Positions 50,181 through 62,041 are shown, numbered from the stretch's first letter. The stretch: 64,000 bases of DNA from an uncultured Planctomycetota bacterium (GCA_963823665.1 CAWGMQ010000004.1:1056001-1120000), one strand, 5' to 3'. The notes: a model not told the origin generated them from the sequence alone. Numbers and translations: made by a program.

Positions 50181-52315
50181 TTGGTGCGCATCCATCGGCA
50201 TCAGGCAGAAAGAATCAGCGAAGGTCTGGGCGAGCGCGTTTGGCGGCTGGAACGACTGCCGGTGCGCGCGGCGACGGTGCGCGCGATTTCGAGCGCACAG
50301 CCGGAGAAGCTCGACGACGAGCGTGACGACATCGGTCTCACAGGGAAGACCCGATCGATTCTTGACCTCGATCCCGGTTGGGCGCAGGCAATCGCATCGT
50401 CGCCACGGCCGCTGCGCTCACTCCAGGTTACCGCGGAGGCGTCGTGGTGGCCGGTGAGCGGCCCCGGCGGTGCGGCTGCGGAAATGATCTCGCGGCTCTG
50501 GCGGCATTCCGTGGCCGTCAGTGTTGCCGCTCGCTGGCTGGCGCGCGACGCCGGCGATCCGGATCCACACGCGGTGGCGCGCGCCGGGATGCTGTGCCGG
50601 CTGGGATGCTGGGCGGTTGCCGCCGTGGACTCGGACTGGGTACTGCGTTGGTGGCAAACCGCGAGCGCGCCCTGCGCCGCGAGCGCGAGAACGCAGATCT
50701 GGGAGCCGACCTCGACGACCTGGGCCGCCGGCTGGCCGAGCGCTGGGGATGCGAGCCCCTGGTCATCGATGCGGTCTGGCTTCATTCCGATCATTCGCGA
50801 AAGCTGCGCACTGCCGCTTCGCAGCCGGAACGGTTGGCGTACATTCAGGAGGCCTCACGCTGGGTCGAGCAAACGCCGTGGTCGCTCGGCGCAAGCGCGA
50901 TCGAGGCGATGCCGTCGGAGCCGCAGTTGCGGATCTTGATCGCCGAAGTGCAGGCGCGGTGCGGTGCATCATTCGCCGCGACCGATGCCACGCCTCACGA
51001 AGAGAAGCTGTCGCGCCAGAATGCACGGCTCAGGCTCATGCTTTTGGGCGAGCGGCAAGCTCGAAACCGCAATGAACGGTTTGTGCAAGCGCTCGGCGCT
51101 TCCGACCCGGCGACCTCGCCCGAGGAATGGGCTGCACGGGCGGCGCAAGTCTGGTGCGCCGAGCCCGATGTCAGCGGAGCCCAGGTGCGCTGGGTTGACA
51201 CCGAGTCGAGCGCCGTTGCGAAGGGCGACGAGGCGCTCTTATGCAAGGAAAACGTCGCTCTCAACGCACGTGCCTCGGGCGACCAAACACGCAACCCGGG
51301 CGTTCTGATTCCGATTGAGATTCGCGGGCGCACACGCGCGATCGTTCAACTCTTTAGCCATCACGATGGTCTGGAGATCGAGCGGCGGTTGTCGACCGAG
51401 ACCATGAGTAAAGCCTGGGCCGCCTGGGGCGGACTGGTCCTCGACCGCGCACGGCTCGAGCAGAAGCTGCGGCTGGTTGTCGCCGCATTGCACCAGGCGG
51501 CCGAGACCGAGAATACACGCCTCGAGGAGAACAAGCTCGACGCGCTGAGCGAGTTTGCAGCCGGGGCGGGGCATGAGCTCAACAATCCGCTGGCGGTGAT
51601 CGTCGGCCGCGCCCAGCTTCTACTGGCGCGCACAGATGACCCCGAAACGGCTCGGTCCCTTCGTATCATGATCAACCAGGCCGGTCGCGCCCACCGCATC
51701 CTGCGGGATTTGATGTTCGTGGGGCGCCCTCCCGCCGGCAGGCCGAGATCTTGCCGTCCATCCGAGGTGCTCCGCGAGTCGGTGCGGGACTTCCAGGAGG
51801 AATGCAGCGCCAAAGGGATCAGGCTGTCGGGCGAGATTGACGAGAGCGCCGGGCCCGCCTGGGCTGACCCGGATGCACTGCGCCATCTGGCCGATATTTT
51901 CATCCGCAACGCTGTGCAGGCCACATCGTCGGGCGGAAAGATCCAGGTCGGCTCGCGGTTACAGCAGGACGAGCTACTCTGGTGGTTCCTCGACAGCGGC
52001 CGGGGGCTGGATTCTGCGGAGGCGGCCCACCTCTTCGACCCGTTTTACTGCGGGCGCCAAGCAGGCCGCGGACTGGGAATGGGCCTGCCACGGGCTGCCC
52101 GGATTGTCGCCAATGCCGGCGGCCGAATTCGCTGGACGTCGCACCCGGGGCAGGGCACTGTCTTCCACGTGAATCTTCCGTTGCCGCCGCCCGATGATCA
52201 GCCGCCCAAGGAACCGGCAACCGCTCGACGGCCAGCCCCTGGCACCCAGCGCTCACCGAAGAGCGAACCCGCTCCGCGCCCTCAGGTCGCCGCATCGGAA
52301 CCGTCCGTTTCTTGA
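50181..52315 (+). CDS. HDOD-like domain + sensor histidine kinase (frameshift near 50658)
   Basis: AAGGAG RBS; LWRHSVAV..AR.LA (HDOD-like); GHELNNPL, RNAVQA, DSGRG, FDPFY, GLGMGL. Confidence 0.85.
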
Positions 52316-52540
52316 ACGGCCAACACGCGCGACGGAAAGCGGCGTGACACCCTGTTTGCGCTCTCAACGCGAAGCGTCCTGGAATCGCGACGTCGATGCG
52401 GATCTTTATCGACAGGGCGACCCGTCCGCGCGATTCGAACGAAGTAATTGGTGGACCGGCCGGGGCTGGCAAGCTCGAGAGACAGCGCTGCCGACGGTCC
52501 GCACCCATCTTGACCAGGATTGTTCGTATTCGGATTCACA

Positions 52541-53251
52541 ATGCGCAAATTTCTGATGCCGGCAATTGCAACCTCGCTCCTGGCACTGGCAGGCAGTTCC
52601 CATGGCGGACAGATCACCAACCTCCAGCTCTACGACGGCGGAGATTCTCCCACCGCAGTTATCAACTACACCGGCGCGAACGGCACGGGCAGTTACTCCG
52701 CGTATGTGTACGCCGATCCGCAGGTGAGCTACGGCACAACCAACCCCGTGTTTTACTGTGTGGACCTCTGGCACGATAATTACCTGGGAACGACCTACAC
52801 GATCACGCCCGTTTCGAGCATGAACTTTGCGAACAGCACGTTTGCCGACGTTGACAACCGCATCGGATGGCTCCTGAGCCAGGACCAGAGCACACCCGAC
52901 GCTCGGGCCGCGGTGCAGCTTGCGATCTGGTACACCGTCGACAACAAGCCCGACGGGGCCCTGAATGGATTTTCCATGAGCACGGGCGACTCGACGATCA
53001 CGAACGACTACAACGGGCTCATCTCGTTCAGCGGCTATAACCCGGCACAGAATTACGCAGCGGAGTTCTGGCAAGCGACTCATGATCCGGGCAACACGCT
53101 GTACCAGGACCTAGTGAGCACCGTGGGCACGAACTTTCAGATCAACTCGGTGCCCGAGCCGTCGAGTCTTGCGATGGGCGGCTGCGGCCTGATGTTTCTG
53201 GTTGTGGCCGTGGCTCGGCGGCGAGCGTGCCGAGCCCAAAGCGCGGGGTGA
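52541..53251 (+). CDS. PEP-CTERM surface protein with a thioester-domain-like core
   Basis: Signal peptide; FYCVD, VQLAIW, LYQDLV; VPEPSS-TM-RRR. Confidence 0.85.
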   Translation: MRKFLMPAIATSLLALAGSSHGGQITNLQLYDGGDSPTAVINYTGANGTGSYSAYVYADPQVSYGTTNPVFYCVDLWHDNYLGTTYTITPVSSMNFANSTFADVDNRIGWLLSQDQSTPDARAAVQLAIWYTVDNKPDGALNGFSMSTGDSTITNDYNGLISFSGYNPAQNYAAEFWQATHDPGNTLYQDLVSTVGTNFQINSVPEPSSLAMGGCGLMFLVVAVARRRACRAQSAG

Positions 53252-53350
53252 GCGCCCGAAGGCCCTGGAATGCTTGCAAGCGACGCACCGACAAGTGTAG
53301 GATGGCCGGGAACTTCTTCGGTCAGCCTACAAGACACGGGGGGCTTGCTC

Positions 53351-54987
53351 TTGCCGAACAACGCGCGTTCGGGGATTTACATCACGATGCTCCTGGGCTG
53401 GGCGGCCGGCGGGTTCGCGGAAGAACCCGATCCGGCCGCGCTCGTGCGCCTGCGCACGGGCAGGAATCGTGGGTGGAGCGGGTCGAGAGCCTTCAGCTTA
53501 CGGCCGAGATACGCTGGGAGCGCACCCCGCTGGGGATCGAACATCGGCGCCGCGAGCTGCGAACGCAGTTTCCGGAAGCTGACCTTTCTCAAATGCGGGA
53601 CCTCCGGGCTCACACCTCCCAGATCGTCGAGCTTGCCTTCGACAGGAAACGGATCCGGCTGCGAATCGAGGATGTGGGCGACAGTGAGGATCTGCGAATC
53701 TGGGACGGCAAGAGGTTTATTCTTCACAACCGTTATGACCTGGTGCCGGATCGCAGCGGCTATTTGATCAATCGCGAGCCGGAGAAGTGGCTGTACTGGC
53801 TGGTCTGGAGCAACTTCAATAGCTTCCGTGCCGGCGCGCATGGTTTCTGGTGGATGAATCCAAAACGGCTGGCCGAGTGGGAGGCACTCGAAGGCAAGCC
53901 GGAAGACTTTGCGTACGAGGGTACGGCCCTGTTCCACGGGACCAGGTGTCACGTCGTTAGCCGCTGGGAATCGTGGAAAACCTTGTATATCGCGGTCGAC
54001 GACGGGCGATTGCGTGGTATCCGCTCCGGCGCTCAATCCACGCGGAAGCTCACGCGCTCTTATATCGATCTTCTGCGACGAAAGGGACATCAGGTCGAGG
54101 ATGAAAACGAACTCGGGCGAGTTTTAGGCTCGATCCCGAAGGCCGAGCTCGCTGCCATCCAACGCTCGGGTGCGTCCGAGCTCACCCGGCTGATCGACCC
54201 TTGCTTCGAGTACTGGCTAAGCGACCACAAAGAAGTGGCGCCCGGCTGCTGGCTGCCGATCAAACAGTGCGTGAGCTTTATCAGCGTCGACGACAACGGC
54301 AACGCCTTCGAGTCGGCCCGGAACGAGCTAGAAATTCTCGACGCCAAGGTGAATGAGGCATTGCCCGCCACGTTCTTCGCGGTCGAGTTCAAGGAAGGGG
54401 AGCGCATCAACGATCAGACGGCGGAGCCGCCTGTTACTTATCGATACAAGGAAACGTTCACGCCCGAGGAATGGGCCAAGATCGTTGCCGAAGGCAAGGA
54501 ACGCGCCTTGCGCGATCTCGCGAGAAAGAAGCGCCAGGCCGCGCTCCTGGGGCAGGAGATCGCTCCATTCCCGGCCGAGGCAACCTGGCTGAACAGCAAG
54601 CGGCTGACGAAGAGCGACCTGAGCGGGAAGGTTGTTATCCTTGACTTCTGGGCCGAGTGGTGCGGGCCGTGCCGCAACGACCTGCCCGCGCTGGCGGCGC
54701 TGGACAAGAAGCAGGGCAAAGACATCATCATCATCGGCGTACATCCGCCCGGCAGCGAATTGAGCGCGATCAGGAAAATGATGGAGGAGTTCGAGCTCCA
54801 ATACCCGATCTGCATCGACGTGGCTGCGCCGGGCGGCGCGACTGCGTGGGGAGCGCTTTTCGAGGTCTACGGCGTGGATCGCATTCCGCATTCCGTCGTG
54901 ATCGACAAGCAGGGCAGGATCGCCGCGACGGGGGCGCTTGGCGAGGTTCTGCCCAGGGCGGCGGAGCTGGCGGGGCGCGGTCTTTGA
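53351..54987 (+). CDS. secreted protein with C-terminal TlpA/redoxin domain (frameshift near 53455)
   Basis: Signal-like N-terminus in a different frame; GKVVILDFWAEWCGPC, YGVDRIP. Confidence 0.8.
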
Positions 54988-54992
54988 GTCGC

Positions 54993-56525
54993 TCACTTTT
55001 CTTTGATGACAACGACTTCCCCACGCGGATAGCCGTCGACGTCGACGCCACGCTGCCCAGGCTTCGGCTTGTTCTCGCAGATTCGCAGCAGAAGCGTTTC
55101 GTTCGAGTTGGCGCGATACTCTTTGCTCACGAGATCCGTGTCGCAGACCAGCAGCCCGCGATGCGTGGGATCGACCGAAGCAATCGGGTGCTTCACGATG
55201 GTTACGAGACCACCTTGCTTACAACCAGCGCATTTCAGCCGGTACTCTCCGTCGCCTTCCTCGCTGAGCAAGAACCCGGATAGCTTGCGATCGCGCCGCA
55301 GGAAGCTCACGCCGATGACCGCGCCGGAACCGTCCGATACTTTCTCGAACGAGAAGTCGACGAGCTCGCGGGCTGGTGACTCCTTACTTTCTTGCGATCG
55401 CAGAAGGACTCTGAACTTCTCTCCTTTTGCGACGTCGATCCGGAACTTGTAGATGTCGAGGCCGGTGGCTTCGACCAGATCGTCGGTACTCAGCCCGAGT
55501 CTCAGAAACGAGATGTAGTCTTGGCCGTCCGGCCCGGCAATTGGTTTTGCCTGGGGTGGTTCGGGCTTTCTGGCGACCACCTTTCGGTCCTGGGGCACCG
55601 CGCTGGACTTTGATTCTGGCAGTGGCGATGGAGGTGCCACCGCTTTTTCCCGGTATGTGAGCGCAGCGGCGCCGAAAGCGATGCCGCAGCCGGAGAGCGC
55701 AACGACCGCTCCGGCCCTCAGTTTCGAGATGAACATGGCGTGAAGGACTCCCATGGCAAGGACCGCGGGCTTGGTCGAGCCCAGGGCCATCGCGGTTGAT
55801 GAATGTGACACAAAACTCAACGACGTCTTGACCGTGGCCTCGAGCAGAGCCGACGGCATCGCTGGAGCATCGGGTAGCGTTTCGGCGAGCAAAAGGACCG
55901 CGGGCGACGCGATGCCGCGGCGGATCAGGCGTGCTCGCAACTGGTCTTTGGCGCGTGACAGGCGGGAAAGCACGGTGCCGCGGGGGCAACCGAGCCGCTG
56001 TGCCGCCACCTCGGCGGAGAGCCCTTCCAGATAGCAAAGCACGACGGGTTCTCGATAATGCCGAGGCAACCGGGCGATTTCCTCGTGAAGCTCCGGACAG
56101 GAATCGGGGAGGCCCGCCGGGTGGTCGGGTTCCGCTCGCTTCATACGCGCACTCCGCCGCTCAAACTCGGCGCGCCGAGCCACCTCGGACTTCGCTCGCT
56201 TTGCCACTCGAAGCGCGACGCCGTGCAGCCAACTGGCGATTGAATCGGCCTTGCGGACCGAGCTCGCCTTCCTGGCCAATACCATGAACGTCGCCTGAAA
56301 CGCGTCTTCCGCGTCGTGGGAGTTGCCGAGCGCGTGACGGCAGACGCCGAGCACCATCGGCCCGTGCCGCTCGACCAGGATTGTGAAAGCCGCTTGAGCC
56401 TCTTCACCCCGCTGGCACACGATTTGCTCTAGGAGCGACCCGTCCGAGAGATTGCCCACCACGCCCATTCCGGAGAGCCTGTCGAGTTGCTTCCGAAGGT
56501 CGGCGCCCGCCGGTCTGGTTGTCAC
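54993..56525 (-). CDS. ECF sigma-70 factor with TM and C-terminal extension
   Basis: RHGPMVLGVC, AEDAFQATF, LPRHYREPVVLCYLEG, GTV.SRL.RA. Confidence 0.92.
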   Translation of the reverse strand: MTTRPAGADLRKQLDRLSGMGVVGNLSDGSLLEQIVCQRGEEAQAAFTILVERHGPMVLGVCRHALGNSHDAEDAFQATFMVLARKASSVRKADSIASWLHGVALRVAKRAKSEVARRAEFERRSARMKRAEPDHPAGLPDSCPELHEEIARLPRHYREPVVLCYLEGLSAEVAAQRLGCPRGTVLSRLSRAKDQLRARLIRRGIASPAVLLLAETLPDAPAMPSALLEATVKTSLSFVSHSSTAMALGSTKPAVLAMGVLHAMFISKLRAGAVVALSGCGIAFGAAALTYREKAVAPPSPLPESKSSAVPQDRKVVARKPEPPQAKPIAGPDGQDYISFLRLGLSTDDLVEATGLDIYKFRIDVAKGEKFRVLLRSQESKESPARELVDFSFEKVSDGSGAVIGVSFLRRDRKLSGFLLSEEGDGEYRLKCAGCKQGGLVTIVKHPIASVDPTHRGLLVCDTDLVSKEYRANSNETLLLRICENKPKPGQRGVDVDGYPRGEVVVIKEK

Positions 56526-56688
56526 TGCTCGGCCCTCCTCGGGTCAGGTCTCTCTCATAGTGCAAGAAGGCAGTTCGTTGATTCCAAATGTTAACCGAAA
56601 TTTCATTGGACCGGCCTGGCGACGGGCCGTGATGATCAAGGGATTGCCATGCGAAACCGGATCATCAAGTTCCTGGGGAGCCGAGTAG

Positions 56689-57702
56689 ATGAGCCGCGAT
56701 GAAACGACCAGTCTGGAGCGAAGCGTGCCTTGGTGGGCACGGGCGGGAAGGGCCGGTAACTGGGTGGTGCTGCTGGCATTGCTGGTCTGGCTGGGAATCG
56801 CCGGCGCCAAGCCCGAGCAGACACCGAAGACGCAGACGCCGCCACCGGACGGCGAGTGGACGGCCAACGCGGTGGTCGCCGAGCCTCGCACGATCACGGA
56901 CTCGGGCCTCGGAGCAGTGCAGGGGGTCGTGGTGCGGGACGGCAAGGTGTACGCGTACGGCGACGTCGTCTCCGCCAAGCCGCGCGTCGGGGTGATTCGC
57001 GAGTACGACATGGAACTGAACGCCAGCGGGCGTGTGGTGTGGCTGCGTCGTGACGGTAAGCCGCTCATCCTGCATCCGACTGGTCTCACCTGGGACCCGC
57101 GCTACGGGACGTTTCTCGGTGACACCGTGCTCAAGAAGGCTGTGATCTACCGGCTCGACTGGGAGCGGGCCTGGCGGGATGGCAATCTTGACCACGCGGT
57201 GATGGACACCATCGACGATGACAGTGCGACCAACGGGTGCCGGCCGACGCTCGTCACGGTGGGCGGCCGGACGTTTCTGGCAACCTCGGATTACGGGGAT
57301 ACTCATCCCGAGGTCCGCCTCTACGACCCGGAGGCCCTGATCGCCGCCAAGCACTCGAGCGCCCCGGGCGTGATCGTCCATCATTTTCGCTGCGGCCCGT
57401 TCAATCAAAACATGCAGTGGGATGCCACCACCGGGCAGCTCACGTGCGTCCAGAACGTGATTGAAGGGCGCGGTTGGCGGCTCGATGTGCTCGACCTGGC
57501 GAAGGCGGTTGCCGCCGGAGACGTCTCTGCCGCGGGTGTGCGCGTGCGAACTTATACATTCATGCCGCACGACGAGCTGGAAGGCTACTGGCCGCTTGAG
57601 AATGGGCGATCGCTGCTGGCCGTCGCGCGCCGAAGCGACAATCTCGTCGCCGGGACAATTCGAGCTGTGGAGCCACGGACTTCGGCCGCGGGGTCGCCGT
57701 GA
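56689..57702 (+). CDS. exported hypothetical protein (possible beta-propeller)
   Basis: N-terminal hydrophobic segment; VQGV, HPTGLTW, ELEG blade-like motifs. Confidence 0.7.
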   Translation: MSRDETTSLERSVPWWARAGRAGNWVVLLALLVWLGIAGAKPEQTPKTQTPPPDGEWTANAVVAEPRTITDSGLGAVQGVVVRDGKVYAYGDVVSAKPRVGVIREYDMELNASGRVVWLRRDGKPLILHPTGLTWDPRYGTFLGDTVLKKAVIYRLDWERAWRDGNLDHAVMDTIDDDSATNGCRPTLVTVGGRTFLATSDYGDTHPEVRLYDPEALIAAKHSSAPGVIVHHFRCGPFNQNMQWDATTGQLTCVQNVIEGRGWRLDVLDLAKAVAAGDVSAAGVRVRTYTFMPHDELEGYWPLENGRSLLAVARRSDNLVAGTIRAVEPRTSAAGSP

Positions 57703-57813
57703 GATGTGTTAAACGCCTTGGGCGCCGTGGAGACCTTTGGTCGCGCCGGCGGGCGGGGTCGGAGACCCGCGCCCAATTTTGCGGGGTCGCCGCGTCAGCA
57801 GTGGCGCCGGAGA

Positions 57814-58800
57814 TCAGCGTTTCACGAACTGCTCGCGTGCGAGCAAGGCGGCGCCCAGGATGCCGGCGTCGTCGCCCAGGGCGGCGCGTTCGATCTTGAT
57901 CTTGCGGTCGGGATCGGTGAATGCCTGCGATCGCACGGCGGAACGCACGAGCTCGAGATATGGGTCGCCCAGTGCCTCGGCCACTCCGCCGCCGACGATC
58001 ACGATTTCTGGGCCGAATGCGTTGATCAGGCTGCCGAGCCCGATGCCCAGGAAGTGAGCTGCCCGCTGGACTTCCTTGCGCGCGACCAGGTCTTCGGCGG
58101 CCACTGCCTCGGAGAGGTCACCGCTCTTCAATCGCCCGCCTTTGCGGGCCATCTTGTCGGCCAGGACGGTTGGCAGCCCTTTGCGCACTGCCTTCTCAAC
58201 GCGCCGGGCGATCGCCGTCTTGCTGGCGAGTGCTTCCATGCAACCGCGGTTGCCGCACCCGCAGCGCGGACCTCCGGCCTTGATGATCATATGACCGATC
58301 TCGCCTGCGTTGCCGGTGGCACCGGCGACGACCTCGCCGCTCTTGATCACGCAGCCGCCGATGCCGGTTCCGACGAACGCGGCGATCATGTCGCGATACC
58401 CCCGCGCGGATCCGAGCCGGAACTCGGCGATGCCGGCGACCCGGACATCGTTGCGCACGAGCACAGGCCGGCCGAGCGCCACGCTCAGCTCGGGCCCCAG
58501 CGGAAAGTTCCGCACGTTCATATTGGCGCTGAAGAGGATCGTGCCAGTCTTGATGTCGAGCGGGCCGGGCGAGCCCACACCCGCGCCCATTACCTGGTTG
58601 CGCGATAGTCCGGCCGATTCGAGGGCATCATCCACACACGCGATCATCGCCTCGACAATCGCCGGTCCACCCTCCTTGGCCGGTGTCGTTCGCTTGGCGC
58701 GACCGAGAATCTTGTGGCTGCTACTCACGACGCCCACCAGGATCTTGGTCCCACCCAGGTCGATTCCCAGGGTAGGGGGCCCGTCATTGCGAGACGCCAT
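57814..58800 (-). CDS. ROK family sugar kinase (glucokinase-like)
   Basis: GIDLGGTK, GSPGP, ND, GTGIGG, GEIGH, CGCGNRGCME. Confidence 0.93.
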   Translation of the reverse strand: MASRNDGPPTLGIDLGGTKILVGVVSSSHKILGRAKRTTPAKEGGPAIVEAMIACVDDALESAGLSRNQVMGAGVGSPGPLDIKTGTILFSANMNVRNFPLGPELSVALGRPVLVRNDVRVAGIAEFRLGSARGYRDMIAAFVGTGIGGCVIKSGEVVAGATGNAGEIGHMIIKAGGPRCGCGNRGCMEALASKTAIARRVEKAVRKGLPTVLADKMARKGGRLKSGDLSEAVAAEDLVARKEVQRAAHFLGIGLGSLINAFGPEIVIVGGGVAEALGDPYLELVRSAVRSQAFTDPDRKIKIERAALGDDAGILGAALLAREQFVKR

Positions 58801-58956
58801 GATCGCTGGCTCCGAGTCCAAGCACACCGATTGCATATTCTTCTCCCGTGTTGAGTCGGTGATACTATACTCGGGGGGGGTGTGGTTCGACCACCCGGGG
58901 TTGTCATGAGGACGACCGCGGCGGCGACGCCGTAGAGTTCGAGAGCTCTGCGTACT

Positions 58957-59826
58957 ATGAGATTTGCAGCGACCTGGCAGACGCCGGCAGCGAGCGCGGG
59001 CCGATTTCGGGCGGTCTTCGAGGCGGCCGGTTTCGGTCTGATCCTCGGGCTCGTCGATGTGCAATCAACGGGCACGGGGGCCTGGTTCTTACTTGTCTAC
59101 TTGGTTGTCGCATATGCACTCGGAGTGCGACACGGAGTTCGATCATGGCAGGCGTGGATCCCGCTGGGCGCGTCGGTGTATCTTGCTCATCTCGCGGGGA
59201 TCGCGTGCGGATATAAGCCGCCCTATGTCGCGGCCAATGCACGAGAAGCGCTGGGGCTCTTCTTCTTTTCTTGGCCCGCCGCGGTTGCGATTGCTTTCGG
59301 TGCCACTTTTCGGCTTGCACTCGACCTTGCCGCACGGTTGCGAATCGGTCGCCGCCAAGACGTGGAATCTCCTTTGGATCGACGCGCTCCAAATGGCGGG
59401 GCAAGAGTTGAAAGCGTTGAATTGCAATCAGGCTTGCCGCCACTTGCACCAGCGCAAGCCACCGGCGAGATGGCGCGCCGCCGGTTCACGGTTCGGCGGC
59501 TGATGGTCGTAATCGCAGTCATCGGTGTTCATCTTGCATTCGTGCGTCTTATGCTCGTGAGTGACCCTTTCTTCGGACATGGCACCATTTACTCGCAGCA
59601 GTACAGCGAGGAGCGGTTCCGGACGATCCAAGTTGGGATGACGACGGCTGAGGTCGAGGCTGTGATGGGTCCGCCGCTACGCAAAGAGTCGGCGAGCATC
59701 CCCGCGGACGACGAAATGTGGCATTACAGCGATCAGTTCAACGGCACCGCCAATTTCTGGAGGCGATGGCTGCTGTTTCAGAAGGGCAAGGTATTGGTGG
59801 TTATTGATGATTTCTGGGAGGATTGA
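58957..59826 (+). CDS. multi-TM protein with C-terminal SmpA/OmlA(BamE)-like domain
   Basis: About 5 TMs; IQVGMT.AEV..VMGPP.......WHYS. Confidence 0.65.
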   Translation: MRFAATWQTPAASAGRFRAVFEAAGFGLILGLVDVQSTGTGAWFLLVYLVVAYALGVRHGVRSWQAWIPLGASVYLAHLAGIACGYKPPYVAANAREALGLFFFSWPAAVAIAFGATFRLALDLAARLRIGRRQDVESPLDRRAPNGGARVESVELQSGLPPLAPAQATGEMARRRFTVRRLMVVIAVIGVHLAFVRLMLVSDPFFGHGTIYSQQYSEERFRTIQVGMTTAEVEAVMGPPLRKESASIPADDEMWHYSDQFNGTANFWRRWLLFQKGKVLVVIDDFWED

Positions 59827-59900
59827 ATGCGAGAGGTCTGCCAGGATCTCTCGCCTGCTCGGCTGGGCGGGAGCCTCGCACGCCGAATTGCGAAATGGCG

Positions 59901-60575
59901 TTAGTCGATCGTGCTTCTTGCTTTGAGCTCCGCTAGCGCCCATTCGGCCAGTCGGTCTTCCCAGCTCGTGCGATCGATCGTGTCTTCGCTCTGAAGCCAG
60001 CGGAGGATTTCCGTGTCTTGCACCGGCAGGAAGCTGCTCCGCTCGACGCGCTCGTATCCGCCCGCTTCATTCAACCGTTCGATCACGAGAGAAATGCCGT
60101 CGAAGCGCCAGATTTCAGCGACGCGGAGGGTTGCATAGATCGCAGTGCGATCGAGTTTGGGCGGGCTGAGATCCACCTCGAGCGCCAGGTCCGGGGCGGG
60201 GTAATCGGCAGGATCATTCGAGCGCGACGCTATCGCCGCGGCGGCGATGGATATCTTCTCTTGATCGAAATAGAAGCAGTCGTCTGATTCGAGTCCGCGA
60301 TCAGCTTTGATCGATTCCCAGGTGGTGGAACCCATGTCGAGGCGTGGGATACGCAACGTCCTGGCTGCAGTCCGCACGAACTGTCCTAACAGCGCCTTAT
60401 CTGATTCATGCAGTGGACCCGGTGCCGTGATTTCCAGGACTCCGTGGTCGTAAGCGAAACGGGCACCGGTGGACTCCGATGTCAGCTTCTTGAACGTCGC
60501 CCAGTCAACGCCGGAAAGAAGGATGCGCGCCTCTCCGTCGCTGGTCGATCTCTCGGGTCGTGTCGCTGTGCTCAT
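59901..60575 (-). CDS. Uma2 family endonuclease
   Basis: L.GVDW, YD.G.LEI..P.PLHE, ESD.CFY, PDLALEVD, V.EIWRFDG. Confidence 0.9.
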   Translation of the reverse strand: MSTATRPERSTSDGEARILLSGVDWATFKKLTSESTGARFAYDHGVLEITAPGPLHESDKALLGQFVRTAARTLRIPRLDMGSTTWESIKADRGLESDDCFYFDQEKISIAAAAIASRSNDPADYPAPDLALEVDLSPPKLDRTAIYATLRVAEIWRFDGISLVIERLNEAGGYERVERSSFLPVQDTEILRWLQSEDTIDRTSWEDRLAEWALAELKARSTID

Positions 60576-60607
60576 TGCCGAATCTCCCTCGCCGCGCCCT
60601 CGATCGA

Positions 60608-61972
60608 TCAGGGCCTTGCTCCAGTCGGTGATTCGTCGTGCAGCCGATTGAGCAGACCGACGGCCTCGTCGACGATCAACTCACCTGTGCCGCGCTCCAG
60701 AAAGCTGTGCAGGCCCGTCCAGGTCTGGTAACCGCCGCGATCGAAACCCACCTTGTCGGGGATGTAGCCGATGTAGTCGTTGGCTAGTTCGAAAACATAA
60801 GTATAGCGAAAGGGGGATCGGCGCTTGATCTCCTGGCCGAGAACCGTGAAGAATTCGCCGGGGACGCCGACCATGGCGATGTCGCCGATTGTCACGGCCT
60901 GGACCCAGGTTTTGCGAGATTCTCCCTGGTGCGGGGCGACCTCCTTCCGCATCGCTCGAAATGTCGCGATCACTCGTTCCGCACTCGGGGGGTCCTTGAT
61001 TCGTTTCGTGCAATAGGCGGTCACCGCGCGTTCGTCGGCCGCCTCGTCGAAGCGGCGCACTTTCACCGTGACTTCCTTCTTCAACGACCGCACGCGATCG
61101 ACCGTGCGCGGCGCCGCCGTGTCGAGGGCGGATCGCACCGCCTGTTCAATTCTGTTTGTCGCCTCGGGAGTGGGCACGTCGAGGTTGTGGGTCGAGCCCG
61201 ACGCACCTTCGAAGAAGATGACTGTTCCGCCACGGTCTTTTTCGATTGCTTGCGCGGCCAGGCCGTAGAACGATGGCGAGCGAACGCCAGGTTTGTGCGT
61301 ACCGATCGTGTGCGTGGAGTGGTTGAAGAGAATGGCTTCGAACTTGCTGTCGCCGCGGCGGAAGCCCAGCACGGGAAGCTCGGGATCGAACGGCCCGGTG
61401 GGCCGCACGGCGTCGTCGTGGCTGCCAACCCAGAAGATTGTTCCGTCGCGCAGCAGCAGCCGGCTGTTCTTGCCCACGGAAGACTCTTCACCCAGGCGAA
61501 AGAGAAACGTGACCGCGCCGAGCCGGCCGTTGGCCCTGACGACTGCCTGGACGATTTTGTCTTCGACCTGGCGCGTGAATTCTTCTTCGCGGTTGTACCC
61601 GTGAATCGTGGCCGTCGTGGGTGCGTGATGGGTGTGGGTTGCGTTGATCAGGATATGGTCGAACGGAATTCCGGTCGCTTGCTCAATTCGCCGAGCGGCG
61701 CGGTCGAGGACGTCTCGATTGACCATCAGGACGTCGCAGGCGACGAGTGCGACTTTCCCGCCATGCGGGTCTTCGACCACCAGGGCGCTGGCGCGCAGCT
61801 CTCCTTCTTGACCGCTGGCCTTGCCGGGGCCGATGCCGCCGCCGATCACCATGGAATCGTCGGCGAGCAGAACTTCATGGGCTGCGCCGGCTTTCAAGTC
61901 GGCAGCGGCGGGTACGGGGTTGCACGCCAGCGATAGCCAGGCGGCCGTCAAGAGCATTTTGAGGTGTTTCAT
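60608..61972 (-). CDS. neutral/alkaline ceramidase-like secreted hydrolase
   Basis: Signal peptide; INATHTHHAP, DPEL.V, GVPGEFF, ELANDYIGYIP. Confidence 0.8.
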   Translation of the reverse strand: MKHLKMLLTAAWLSLACNPVPAAADLKAGAAHEVLLADDSMVIGGGIGPGKASGQEGELRASALVVEDPHGGKVALVACDVLMVNRDVLDRAARRIEQATGIPFDHILINATHTHHAPTTATIHGYNREEEFTRQVEDKIVQAVVRANGRLGAVTFLFRLGEESSVGKNSRLLLRDGTIFWVGSHDDAVRPTGPFDPELPVLGFRRGDSKFEAILFNHSTHTIGTHKPGVRSPSFYGLAAQAIEKDRGGTVIFFEGASGSTHNLDVPTPEATNRIEQAVRSALDTAAPRTVDRVRSLKKEVTVKVRRFDEAADERAVTAYCTKRIKDPPSAERVIATFRAMRKEVAPHQGESRKTWVQAVTIGDIAMVGVPGEFFTVLGQEIKRRSPFRYTYVFELANDYIGYIPDKVGFDRGGYQTWTGLHSFLERGTGELIVDEAVGLLNRLHDESPTGARP

Positions 61973-62041
61973 GGTCGAGGAGAGACTCGGAGTGAACTCG
62001 AAGAAGTCGTTACAAGGGTGGCATTGGCTTGGGTGGGAGGA

